The notes: generated from the sequence alone by a model not told the origin. A stretch of 64,000 bases of DNA from Collinsella sp. (GCA_019414025.1 DXMU01000046.1:20801-84800), one strand, 5' to 3'. Numbered from the stretch's first letter, positions 34,134 to 43,361 are shown. Numbers and translations are program-made.

Positions 34134-34526
34134 ATGGTTACTGTCGCATTTTCGGAGCTGCGCCAAAACCTTACGCAGGTGGCCGAAAGGGTTGCCAATG
34201 AGGGCGAAGAGGTTGTGGTCTTCAAGCGGAGCAAGCCGTTGTTCAAGATCGTGCCGCTCGACTATGAAAGCCCAGTTGCGGTGGAATATGACGCTGCTCA
34301 GGAGCGTGGAATCGCAAAGCCGACGCGCGGCTCGGACAAGCCCAAGCGCGACGTGGGCACGATGTGGCATCCCAAGATCACCTGGAAGGAGATTCGCGAA
34401 ATGCTCGCGGAGGATGAGGACTACCAGGAGTATCTCGATATCGTGGCCAAAATGCCCAAAGGAACGCCGCTCGATACGATGACGGTCGAAGATGAAAAGC
34501 GCGTCGCGAGGGAGCGCTACCTATGA
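34134..34526 (+). CDS. Phd/YefM-type antitoxin
   Basis: N-terminus VAFSELRQNLTQVAERVANEGEEVVVFKRSKPLFKIVP. GAGGAG RBS. 4-nt overlap with the PIN gene. Confidence 0.75.
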   Translation: MVTVAFSELRQNLTQVAERVANEGEEVVVFKRSKPLFKIVPLDYESPVAVEYDAAQERGIAKPTRGSDKPKRDVGTMWHPKITWKEIREMLAEDEDYQEYLDIVAKMPKGTPLDTMTVEDEKRVARERYL

Positions 34527-34945
34527 GGGCATTTCTCGATACCAATTTTCTGCTCGATTGCGTGCTTCCGGGCCGGCCGGAGCACGCAGCGGCGCAAACG
34601 ATCAAGGGGCTCGTCGACGTGGGGCTTATCGAGGGCGTTGTTTCGGCCTGTTCTCTCAAGGATGCATACTACATTCTCACTAAACAGGCGGGCGAGGCGC
34701 GCGCCCGCGAGGTAGTGTGCGACTGCCTTAAGAGCTACTCGGTAGGGCCTCTCGACCAAGAAGCTTGTTTTGCCTCCGCCTATTCCGATGAGCCGGACTT
34801 TGAGGACGGCTGTATCCGCGCGATGGCCGAGCGTGCCGGCGTGGACTTTATCATCACGCGCGATCGAGCCGCTTTTGTGCGCTCGACCATCAAGACCTTC
34901 TCGCCCGCAGAGTTCATCCGGGCGTTTCCGATCCCGGAGGAGTAA
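34523..34945 (+). CDS. PIN-domain toxin (VapC-like)
   Basis: FLDTNFLLD N-terminal acidic site plus later DFEDG and ITRD acidic residues. 140 aa. Confidence 0.8.
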   Translation: MRAFLDTNFLLDCVLPGRPEHAAAQTIKGLVDVGLIEGVVSACSLKDAYYILTKQAGEARAREVVCDCLKSYSVGPLDQEACFASAYSDEPDFEDGCIRAMAERAGVDFIITRDRAAFVRSTIKTFSPAEFIRAFPIPEE

Positions 34946-34962
34946 AACCACCACGCCGGGGC

Positions 34963-35283
34963 GTGTCCCCGACGTTTAGCGAGCTTGTTGGGAGGCTCTC
35001 GGCCCAGTGACTGTTACAAAAAACGGCTATAGCAAATTTGTCGTACTTCGATCCGAGGACTACGATCTCATGGTTCAGGAACAGGCTAAGGCTCGTCTGA
35101 TGGCTCGTATAGCTGTGGCCGAACGGGAGCGTGCTGCTGGCACGGCACGTGATGCCTTTGAGGCTCTCGATGACCTTGAGACAAAATATGACCTATAACG
35201 TTAAGATTCTGCCTATAGCTGAACGTTTTCTAGGCAGTTCTTATTTGGACGGAGCGACCGGCACGGTGATCTGCGTCACGTAG
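34963..35283 (+). pseudogene. Decayed second TA pair: frameshifted Phd-like antitoxin and a ParE/RelE-like toxin stub
   Basis: VSPTFSELVGRLSAQ* lies in one frame (34963-35010). TVTKNGYSKFVVLRSEDYDLM... lies in another (35007-35198). MTYNVKILPIAERF (ATG 35188) loses its family resemblance about 14 residues in and then runs into the merR 3' end. Confidence 0.45.
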
Positions 35284-36089
35284 GTTGCCGGATCATCGCT
35301 GATGATGTCATCGATCAGGGCGATCTCGCGCGAGGGACCGGCGGGCGTCAGGTTGTGTTCGTGCATGTAGCTCAGCAGTTGCTCGTAGCGTGGGGCTGCT
35401 TGCCCGTGCGTGCCGCGGAAGCTTATGGTCAGGCAGCGCGCGGCAGGTCGCGTCTCAACGTCGCCCAGGTAATCATCGGTGTCATCGAGCAGCAGAAAGA
35501 CCTCGTCGTAGCCATCAAAGTCACCGGCGGCGAGGCGTTCGGGCGCGATGCCCACACCCAGATTGCCCAGATAGGCAAAGGTTTCGTGCTGCCCCTGCTG
35601 AAGCTGGCGGATATGCCATCCCAGCGAATAGGCGTCGGTGGGATTGACGCGCTCGTGCAGCGTGGCGCAGCGAAGTTCGGGTTCCTCGATTTCGCTAATG
35701 GTGTCGAGATCAGCATTCAAAGCGCCATGAAGCAAGGCAAGCCGCTGGTCAATCTTGCGCGACATGCGCTCCAACTCACGCCGCCTGTGCTTAATTAACT
35801 CCTGTTGCTTGGTCAGTTGCCGTTGTATCAAATCCATATCGCGCGTAGTGACAAACTCGCGAATCTGCGCCAACGGCAAGTCGAGAACGCGCAGGTTGCC
35901 GATGGTGTTGAGGGTGGAGAGCTGTCGCGATCCGTAGTAGCGGTACCCACTCGCCGGATCGACATATGCCGGATCCAATAGCCCCATCTGCTCGTAATGA
36001 CGCAGTGTGCCCACGCTCAAATTGAGCAGGCGCGCCACCTCGCCAATGCGGAGCAGGCCCTCAGTATGTTCACTTGGCATGTCGGTCAC
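35241..36089 (-). CDS. MerR-family regulator with a GyrI-like effector domain (BmrR-like)
   Basis: HTH LRIGEVARLLNLSVGTLRHYEQMGLL, a coiled coil and a C-terminal GyrI-like domain. Confidence 0.85.
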   Translation of the reverse strand: MTDMPSEHTEGLLRIGEVARLLNLSVGTLRHYEQMGLLDPAYVDPASGYRYYGSRQLSTLNTIGNLRVLDLPLAQIREFVTTRDMDLIQRQLTKQQELIKHRRRELERMSRKIDQRLALLHGALNADLDTISEIEEPELRCATLHERVNPTDAYSLGWHIRQLQQGQHETFAYLGNLGVGIAPERLAAGDFDGYDEVFLLLDDTDDYLGDVETRPAARCLTISFRGTHGQAAPRYEQLLSYMHEHNLTPAGPSREIALIDDIISDDPATYVTQITVPVAPSK

Positions 36090-36143
36090 AGGACCGCTCC
36101 TTTCAATAGGGTCGGGGAGGGGCGCCAGGCTCGCGTTGCCCCG

Positions 36144-37490
36144 CTACGCCATCAGCTTGTCAAAAGTTCCGCGGCGGTTGAGCACGGTAAATGCAATCAC
36201 GCAGATGACCGCCGACAGAATCGAGCCGCACGGCGAGGCGATACCCATGGGGAACAGCGTGTCGGAATAGGCGTTCGACAGCAGCCACGCGCCCGGCACG
36301 CGAATGAGTGCCACAGCCAGCACGTTGTGCGCAAAGCCGATGTAGCTCTTGCCGTATGCAGCGAAAAAGCCACTAAAGCAAATGTGGATGCCGGCAAAGA
36401 TTGCGTCGAAAATATAGCTGCGCATATAGCCGGTACCGGCCGCGACCACCGCGGCGTCCTTGGCAAAAAAGCCGATAAACGCTGGTGCCACCAGCCACAT
36501 CAGCACCGTGATCAGGCAGCCGTACACCACCGAGATGGTCATGGCATCCTTGAGCACCTGACGCGCACGGTCGCCCTTGCCCGCGCCGGCGTTTTGCGCC
36601 GTGAGCGCGCTGACGGTGGCACCCATGGAACTCGGCACAATGAACAAAAAGCTGATCATCTTCTCGACCAGGCCCACGGCGGCGGCGTCGACCAGACCGC
36701 GGTGGTTGGCGATGACGGTGATAAACATAAACGCCACCTGGATGCAGCCGTCCTGCACGGCCACGGGCACGCCGATTTTAAGAATGCTGCCGAGCACCTC
36801 GGGCTGGGGGCGCAGGTCGCTGCGCTTAACGTGGATGTTTGTGCGACGGCTCTTGAGCCACACGAGCGCGAGGGCAACGCTGGCCGTCTGCGCGGTCACC
36901 GTGCCGAGCGCTGCGCCCACGGGGCCGAGCCCCATGTGGCCGATAAACAGAAAATCGAGCGCGATGTTGATGATGCACGCCACGCCAATCACGTACATGG
37001 GCGAGCGCGAATCGCCCAGCCCGCGAAAGATGGCCGAAAGAATGTTGTACGCGGCGATAAAGGGAATGCCGATAAAGCAGATACGCAGGTAGGCGGCGGT
37101 GCCTTCGACTGCCTCGGCCGGCGTGCCAATGAGTGCCACAATCTGCGGACACAGTGCGAGCAGGACAGCGGCCAGCACCACCGAGACACCCATAAAGAGC
37201 GTGATGGTGTTGCCGATGGCGGTCTCGGCGCGATCGAAGCGGCGCGAGCCCACGGCGTGGCCGACGATGACCGTCGTGCCCATGGCCAGGCCCACGAGCG
37301 TCACGGTTATGATATAGAGCGTCTGCGCGCCATTGCCCACGGCGGTGATGCCGGCGGCGCCGCTAAACTGTCCCATCATGTACAGGTCGGCCATGCCGTA
37401 GAGCATCTGCAAAAAGTACGAGAGCATATAGGGCAGGGCAAAGACCGCGATGGTCTTAAGGACATTGCCGCGTGTAAGGTCGTGTTCCAT
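36144..37490 (-). CDS. MATE-family efflux transporter
   Basis: 448 aa, 12 TM, typical MATE N-terminus (LTRGNVLKTIAVFALPYML). Confidence 0.9.
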   Translation of the reverse strand: MEHDLTRGNVLKTIAVFALPYMLSYFLQMLYGMADLYMMGQFSGAAGITAVGNGAQTLYIITVTLVGLAMGTTVIVGHAVGSRRFDRAETAIGNTITLFMGVSVVLAAVLLALCPQIVALIGTPAEAVEGTAAYLRICFIGIPFIAAYNILSAIFRGLGDSRSPMYVIGVACIINIALDFLFIGHMGLGPVGAALGTVTAQTASVALALVWLKSRRTNIHVKRSDLRPQPEVLGSILKIGVPVAVQDGCIQVAFMFITVIANHRGLVDAAAVGLVEKMISFLFIVPSSMGATVSALTAQNAGAGKGDRARQVLKDAMTISVVYGCLITVLMWLVAPAFIGFFAKDAAVVAAGTGYMRSYIFDAIFAGIHICFSGFFAAYGKSYIGFAHNVLAVALIRVPGAWLLSNAYSDTLFPMGIASPCGSILSAVICVIAFTVLNRRGTFDKLMA

Positions 37491-37677
37491 GGGCGGGGCT
37501 TTCTGGCTGGGTTTGTTTTGCTACCAGTGTAGTGAAAACCCTACAACGATTGTAGAGTCAAGGTTTGTATTGGCAGCAGGGCGAAAAAGTCACGCTCGCG
37601 TTCATTTCTAATTGAATACGGACGTGCGCCCTGCAAAGTACGATGCTTTGACCCCTCCGTGCTCCTCACCTCGCCTC

Positions 37678-37742
37678 AAACCATCACAACATTCGACGTT
37701 TTTTGCCAAAAACGGGAAAAGCATCGAATGTTGTGATGGTTT
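37678..37742 (+). repeat. 65-bp palindromic element, copy A (arms AAACCATCACAACATTCGA)
   Basis: 19-bp perfect arms at 37678-37696 and 37724-37742, with a 27-nt loop. Confidence 0.9.
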
Positions 37743-37843
37743 TTCTGCCACTCGACCGGGTGGAATCGCTTTCTTGCGCACGAAGGTGTGCGGACCCGTG
37801 GGCAGGGGAATAAGGTTGGTTATCCGACTCCATTGGAGGGCTC

Positions 37844-38881
37844 ATGGACCTGCCGATCGTCCTGTCCCATAAGACTGCCTGGCTGTACCACAATGTGGTA
37901 CGCCCGTCCGAGCCGCTCTCGCGAGCAAGCAGCCTATACGATGAGGACTCGCTTGCTAACGAGGCGGAGCCGACCGCGAGCCTGCCCAAATTGGGGCTCG
38001 ATGCCAAGGGGCTGAGGGCTTCAACGGCAGTCGGGATCGTTACCGACTATCTGGATTCGCTTGGTATTCCACGAGAAGAACTCGATCATATCGACACGCT
38101 CGTCAACTTCGATTTTGAGCGCTCGACGCCGGCTGGATTTAGGTGCCACGTGTTTGGGGCGCCGGTACCTCCAGGCCATCTTATCGAGGTGGCAGAGGGC
38201 CTTCTGGTGGTTGATGAGGCCATGTGCTTTGTCCAAGCGGGTTCGTGGATGAGCGAGCCCGAGCAGCTGGAATATGGCTACGAAATCTGTGCCCGATACC
38301 ATTTGAATCATCTGTCGACAGGCGATTATATCGAGATGGGGCAGAGGTATACCGTTGCCGACATGATTGCTTATTGCAATGAGAACCGATCTCGTCAGGG
38401 GGCTATACGCGCGGCCGCGGTGCTCAAGCGCGTGCACGATGGCGCGCGGTCGCCCATGGAGACGGCCACCGCAATCATGGTCGCAGCAAAACGTTCTCAG
38501 GGAGGGCTGGGATACGCCAAGATCGAGCTCAACCATCGGGTCGATGTTCCCAACGAGTTCAAATATCTCGCAAAGGCCGGGTATTTCGAGATCGACGTAT
38601 ATGCGCCTGCGAGTGGTACGGGAATTGAATACAACGGCTCGGACCATCTTGATAAACAGCGCAGCGCGTCGGATGCGGAGCGTATGACCGTGCTGAGCGC
38701 GCTGGGCTTTAGGATGATCGTCCTCACCGGGACTCAGTTTGCCCATCAGCTGCAATTGCACCGGGCGATGAACGCCATCGCACTCGCTATGGGTCTCAAG
38801 CGCGACCGAAGCGAAGCGTTCCAAAAGCGGCAGAACGACCTGCGAGAATTCGTGATTCGTCACTGGGACGACGGCCTTTAG
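37844..38881 (+). CDS. Hypothetical protein with a DUF559 / Vsr-like endonuclease-fold C-terminal region
   Basis: The C-terminal pattern SPMETATAIMV...FEIDVYAP..GIEYNGSDHL...DAERMTVLSALGFRMIVLT resembles the DUF559 family. GGAGGG RBS. Confidence 0.6.
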   Translation: MDLPIVLSHKTAWLYHNVVRPSEPLSRASSLYDEDSLANEAEPTASLPKLGLDAKGLRASTAVGIVTDYLDSLGIPREELDHIDTLVNFDFERSTPAGFRCHVFGAPVPPGHLIEVAEGLLVVDEAMCFVQAGSWMSEPEQLEYGYEICARYHLNHLSTGDYIEMGQRYTVADMIAYCNENRSRQGAIRAAAVLKRVHDGARSPMETATAIMVAAKRSQGGLGYAKIELNHRVDVPNEFKYLAKAGYFEIDVYAPASGTGIEYNGSDHLDKQRSASDAERMTVLSALGFRMIVLTGTQFAHQLQLHRAMNAIALAMGLKRDRSEAFQKRQNDLREFVIRHWDDGL

Positions 38882-38919
38882 GGGCGTTCCGGCCCTTCTA
38901 CGGGGTGCCGTGGGCAGGC

Positions 38920-38984
38920 AAACCATCACAACATTCGACGTTTTTTGTCAAAATCGGGAAAAGTATCGAATGTTGTGATGGTTT
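38920..38984 (+). repeat. 65-bp palindromic element, copy B (same orientation as A)
   Basis: Arms at 38920-38938 and 38966-38984. The loop differs from A at 3 positions. Confidence 0.9.
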
Positions 38985-39116
38985 GTATGCTGAGGATGGG
39001 CTTGGAAAGTCCGTTTTGCTCGAAGCGACCTGTCCTGTCGTACGGGTGTCGGCGTGATTCTCCCGTGGGGTATTATGTTTTCCGAAGAATAAAACGCCGC
39101 GTGAGGGGAGGCCTGC

Positions 39117-40172
39117 GTGGACGGGCACGTGCAACATGACGGCTTTGGCCGCGATATCAACTACCTGCGTATTGCCGTTACCGACAAGTGCAATTTCCGC
39201 TGCATTTACTGCATGCCGGCCGATGGCGTGGCGCCTCGCGCACACGACGAGCTGCTCAGCGCCGAGGAAATCGCCCGCTTTGTGCGCTTGGTAGCGGGGG
39301 AGGGCATTCGCCGCGTGCGCCTGACGGGTGGCGAGCCGCTGGTCAGCCGCCGTATCATTCCGCTCATTCGTGACATCCGCGCGATCCCGCAGATCGAGGA
39401 CATCTCGCTCACCACCAATGGTGCCCTGCTGCCCAAGTTGGCACCGCAGCTCAAAGATGCCGGGCTTAACCGCGTCAACATCTCGCTCGACACGCTCGAC
39501 CCTACGCTGTTTGGAAAGATCACGCGTCTGGGTCGGCTCGAACAGACCATGGCCGGCATCGACGCGGCGCTGGCTTGGGGCTTTGAGCCCGTTAAGGTCA
39601 ACTGCGTTGTGGTGCGCCGACTCAACCAAGATGTGGCGGCCCTTGCGCGGCTGACCGTCGACCGCCCCATCCACCTGCGCTTTATCGAATACATGCCCAT
39701 CGGCGACGAGCGCACGAGCTCGCATTGCGCCGTGGACCCTCACGCACCCACGCTCAACCCCGAGTTGTGGGATGCGAGCGACAGCGTGCCGAGCGACGAG
39801 CTGCGGGCGCGCGTCAATGCCGGGGCCGCCGCGATGGGTCTGGGCGAGCTCGAACCGCTTGACATCACCGACGCTCCTGCCGGCGCGGGCCCCGCGCGCT
39901 ATTGGCGCTTTCCGGGCGCGGCGGGAACGGTCGGCTTCATCAGCGCCATGTCCAACCATTTTTGCGCGAGCTGCAACCGCCTGCGCCTGACGGCCGATGG
40001 CAACGTGCGTCCGTGCCTGTTCAGCGATGCCGAGTATTCGGTGCGCGAGGCGTTGCGCCGTGGTGATGATATGCAGGTACTTTCGATTTGGCGCGATGCC
40101 GTGGCCCACAAACCGCAGGAACACGCGATAATTGAGGGCACGCAACGATTTATGTCCCAAATCGGAGGATGA
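39117..40172 (+). CDS. moaA: GTP 3',8-cyclase (radical SAM)
   Basis: CNFRCIYC cluster motif. GTG start after GAGGGGAGG. Confidence 0.9.
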   Translation: MDGHVQHDGFGRDINYLRIAVTDKCNFRCIYCMPADGVAPRAHDELLSAEEIARFVRLVAGEGIRRVRLTGGEPLVSRRIIPLIRDIRAIPQIEDISLTTNGALLPKLAPQLKDAGLNRVNISLDTLDPTLFGKITRLGRLEQTMAGIDAALAWGFEPVKVNCVVVRRLNQDVAALARLTVDRPIHLRFIEYMPIGDERTSSHCAVDPHAPTLNPELWDASDSVPSDELRARVNAGAAAMGLGELEPLDITDAPAGAGPARYWRFPGAAGTVGFISAMSNHFCASCNRLRLTADGNVRPCLFSDAEYSVREALRRGDDMQVLSIWRDAVAHKPQEHAIIEGTQRFMSQIGG

Positions 40173-40176
40173 TCAT

Positions 40177-41478
40177 ATGGCCAAGAGCAGGTACGCCGAT
40201 GCCACCAAGGCCGCTCGCAGGGCCGCGATGTCTGCCCATAAAGCCACGGCTGCTGCCAGCAACACCGCTGGGTCCGCGGCGGTACAGCCGTCCGCCGGCA
40301 CTGCTGCCGAGCCCGCCCGCGACGCCCGCCGCGACGAGCTGACGCACGTGGATGCCAAGGGCGAGGTGCGCATGGTCGACGTGTCCGACAAGGCCGAGAC
40401 CCATCGCATTGCCATCGCCGAGGGCACGATTCTTATGCACCCCGAGACGCAGGCCATGGTGCTGCAGGATGGCGCTAAAAAGGGCGACGTGCTCGCTTGC
40501 GCACGCGTTGCGGGCATCATGGCCATCAAACGCACGAGTGACATCATCCCCATGTGTCATCCGTTGCTCATTACCAAGAGTAAGTGCGATATCGAGCCTA
40601 TCGCGCCGGTGGGGACGCCTGCCGAGGACGTGACCGAGGGCTGGGCGCCGGCGCGCGCAGACGGGCAAGTTGGCTTTCACGTACTGGTTACGGCTGGCGT
40701 GACGGGCAAGACGGGTATTGAGATGGAGGCCCTGACCGGCGCGAGTGCCGCGTGCTTAACGATCTATGACATGTGCAAGGCCGTCGATCGTGGCATGGAG
40801 ATCGTCGACGTTCGCCTGCTGCACAAGGAAGGCGGCCGCTCGGGTGTGTGGGACCGCGCCGAGCGCCAGGCCGCTGCTGTTGAGGCTGTGGGGGCCGCGG
40901 GCGACGCACCCGCGAGCGCACCCGTCGCCGTCGCACCCGCAGCTCCCACTCCAGCCGTCCCTGCGATCGCGTTTATCGGCTACCAAAACTCGGGCAAGAC
41001 CACGCTCGTCGAGAAGGTTATCGCCGAGTTCACCCGCCGCGGCCTGCGCGTGGGCTCGCTCAAGCATCATGGGCATCACGGCTTTGATATCGATGTGCCC
41101 GCTAAGGACACCTGGCGCCATCACCAGGCCGGATCCAAGCACGTGGGCCTCATCTGCGCCACGCGCTGGGCGGAGTACGCCGACACACGCGAGGAGGACG
41201 AGATGCCCGCGCGCGAGCTGCTGTCGCGCTACAACGATGTCGACGTGGTGATCATTGAGGGCTACAAGACCGAGGGTTTCGACAACATCGTGGTCGCGCG
41301 CTCCGGTGTCGACCGTCTGCGTGGCAAGAGCTCGCTCGACCTGGTCGACGGTCACACGCTGGCCCTTGCCTGCAACGAAGCCCTGGCGCGTCAGGCCTTC
41401 GACGCCGGCTTCGCGACCCGAGCCATCAACATCAATGACGCCCGAGCCATCTGCGATCTCATCCAAGACCACCTTTAA
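40177..41478 (+). CDS. Fusion of cyclic pyranopterin monophosphate synthase (MoaC) and MobB
   Basis: MoaC core MVDVS.K..T.R.A...GDVL..ARVAGI...KRT...IPMCHP...TGKTGIEMEAL...IYDMCKA. Ala/Pro linker. MobB P-loop GYQNSGKTTL. GGAGG RBS. Confidence 0.85.
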   Translation: MAKSRYADATKAARRAAMSAHKATAAASNTAGSAAVQPSAGTAAEPARDARRDELTHVDAKGEVRMVDVSDKAETHRIAIAEGTILMHPETQAMVLQDGAKKGDVLACARVAGIMAIKRTSDIIPMCHPLLITKSKCDIEPIAPVGTPAEDVTEGWAPARADGQVGFHVLVTAGVTGKTGIEMEALTGASAACLTIYDMCKAVDRGMEIVDVRLLHKEGGRSGVWDRAERQAAAVEAVGAAGDAPASAPVAVAPAAPTPAVPAIAFIGYQNSGKTTLVEKVIAEFTRRGLRVGSLKHHGHHGFDIDVPAKDTWRHHQAGSKHVGLICATRWAEYADTREEDEMPARELLSRYNDVDVVIIEGYKTEGFDNIVVARSGVDRLRGKSSLDLVDGHTLALACNEALARQAFDAGFATRAININDARAICDLIQDHL

Positions 41479-41608
41479 GGCTTGACGCTGCGCCGGCCCC
41501 AAGCACTCCATCTCGCCCCTCAAGCCGTCGCTCGCGTACCAAAGTACGCGTCGCTCCTCTTTCGGGGCGACCTGGGGCACTTGGAACCGGCTCGCTGCGC
41601 TGCCATAA

Positions 41609-41697
41609 CATGCCAAAAAGGGACAGGTTTATTTTGGCAGGTTTTATCTGGGCAAACGTCATTTCCACCACAAAGGGGCCAGGCACCTTTGTGGTGG
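41609..41697. repeat. Composite repeat: TGCCAAAAAGGGACAGG element joined to a CCACCACAAAGG hairpin
   Basis: 41609-41652 is the reverse complement of 11635-11679 with a few mismatches. 41652-41710 is nearly identical to 43222-43280. Confidence 0.8.
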
Positions 41698-41871
41698 TTT
41701 TTGCTTTGGTAGATGTGTGGGACATGCCTTACAATCTACCAAGTAGTTCATGACGGGCGAAAAAAGGAGAGAAGGGTCCTGATGCGTCCTTAATGTTTCA
41801 TGCGGACTGATTGATTTGATAGACGGTGGCGAATGCCCACCGCCCGTATTCGTATGAAACAAGGAGTCTCC

Positions 41872-43152
41872 ATGCTCGCCTCTCTTTTTTCAAAGCCTCA
41901 ATCATCGCTGTCCGTGCAGGCCAAGCGCCTGGTGGCGATGCGCTTTCTCGTCTACACCGGGTTTCAGACCAGTTATTTTATCGGCGTCATCGGAACGCTC
42001 ACCTATGCGGACGACGCTTCGGTCGTCGCGACATCGCTGGCCGTCCTGTTCATGAACGTTTTCGTGATCCTGGGATCCTTTGCGGGTGGAGCGGCGCTCG
42101 ACGCATGGGGTCCGCGCCGCCATTTCTTGCTGAGCATCGTCGGCACACTCGCAACTGGCACGGCGATCATCGCTTTTGGTAGCGCGACCGGCATCGTCCT
42201 GCTCGGCGCGGTGTTTCTGGGCTTTGTGATGGGATTCGCCCAGCCCATCGCCACGTCCTATCCGGCCTACCTCACCGACGATCCTGTCGAGCTCAAAGAC
42301 ATCAACTCCGCCATCGCCATGTTTTCAAACGTGAGTATCATCGTTGGCCCCACGCTGGGCGGCTTTGTCGCGGCGGCTGCGTCGTCGCGCGCGGTGTTTG
42401 TGCTCATGATGCTCTTTACCGTGCTGGCGCTCGTCGCCGGTTGGGGCTTTAGGCCGCAGACCAGCCATGTCGCCGGGCATGCGGATGCCGATTCGGCAGA
42501 GGAAGGGGAGCGTGCGGGACAAAGCTCCAACCCCAGCGCATCCTCCCGTGCCACCTTCGCAGCCAGCATCAAGACAGTCTTCACCAACAGCGTTCTCGCC
42601 CTGCTGTTTTGCATCATCTTCCTCTCGAACTTTGGCTACGGTGCCTTCGATCCGCTCGAGTCGTTTTTCTATCGCGATGTTCTGCACGTTGGCGTTGAGT
42701 GGATGGGCTGGCTCTCGTCTGCCTGCGGTGTCGGCGCGGTGCTGGGTGCCGTGCTCGCGCTCCGCTTGCCGCCGCACCTGGTCAACCTTAAAACGCTGCT
42801 CGTGGCGCTTATGTCCGTGGGCCTGGGAAGTCTGCTCTATGTGGGGACACCGTACGTGGGCGTGGCCCTTGTCGGCCAGATCGCCCTGGGTATAGCTTGG
42901 GGTGTCGTCAACCCGCTCCACAACACCATTGTGCAGACGACGGCTCCGCTCGAGCAGCTTGGTCGCGTCAATTCGGTCATGGGCTTTGGCAATATGTTCG
43001 CTGGTGTGGCCCCTCTGGCGATTGCCCCGTGGCTGGCGGCAACATTTGGCGTACAACGGACACTCGTGGGGGCAGGCATGGTCGTGACGGCGGTCCCTGC
43101 GGCGTTGCTGCTGTTTGGTCGCAGGCATTTTGATCGTGCCGCAAGGCAGTAA
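41872..43152 (+). CDS. MFS transporter
   Basis: 12 TM segments. ATG after AAGGAG. The longer track ORF start is rejected. Confidence 0.85.
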   Translation: MLASLFSKPQSSLSVQAKRLVAMRFLVYTGFQTSYFIGVIGTLTYADDASVVATSLAVLFMNVFVILGSFAGGAALDAWGPRRHFLLSIVGTLATGTAIIAFGSATGIVLLGAVFLGFVMGFAQPIATSYPAYLTDDPVELKDINSAIAMFSNVSIIVGPTLGGFVAAAASSRAVFVLMMLFTVLALVAGWGFRPQTSHVAGHADADSAEEGERAGQSSNPSASSRATFAASIKTVFTNSVLALLFCIIFLSNFGYGAFDPLESFFYRDVLHVGVEWMGWLSSACGVGAVLGAVLALRLPPHLVNLKTLLVALMSVGLGSLLYVGTPYVGVALVGQIALGIAWGVVNPLHNTIVQTTAPLEQLGRVNSVMGFGNMFAGVAPLAIAPWLAATFGVQRTLVGAGMVVTAVPAALLLFGRRHFDRAARQ

Positions 43153-43267
43153 AACCATCACAACATTCGATGAAAATCGCGATTTTGCCGAAAAACATCG
43201 AATGTTGTGATGGTTTGGCCCGCAAACGTCATTTCCACCACAAAGGAGCCAGGCACCTTTGTGGTGG
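43152..43267. repeat. 65-bp palindromic element copy C (opposite loop orientation) plus a CCACCACAAAGG hairpin
   Basis: Palindrome arms at 43152-43170 and 43198-43216. Hairpin arms at 43236-43247 and 43256-43267. Confidence 0.9.
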
Positions 43268-43361
43268 TTTTTGCTTTAACGGGCCGCGCCTGCGCCTTGG
43301 TATACCATGTACGCCGTTTGCGAATATACCCCACACCGCCGCACAACTCAGAAAGGCTCCC

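Noticed and set aside
37678-38984. Integron-style gene cassette with attC sites flanking the DUF559-like gene.
   Set aside because: The arm ends (..GTTGTGATGG) do not fit the attC R'/R'' core GTTRRRY / RYYYAAC. No intI-type integrase is present in the window, and the gene has its own RBS and probable promoter space.
38985-39116. Molybdenum-cofactor riboswitch upstream of moaA.
   Set aside because: I could not align the region confidently to the Moco motif from memory. This needs an Infernal/Rfam scan, and a hit to RF01055 would overturn the rejection.
43170-43361. N-terminal 64 codons of the HAD hydrolase ORF. The same issue applies to the upstream extensions of kdpD, kdpE, ligA, htrA, the MFS gene, moaC-mobB and the flavoreductase ORFs.
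   Set aside because: The extensions run through palindromic repeats or neighbouring genes. Internal ATG/GTG codons with Shine-Dalgarno sequences coincide with the conserved N-termini.
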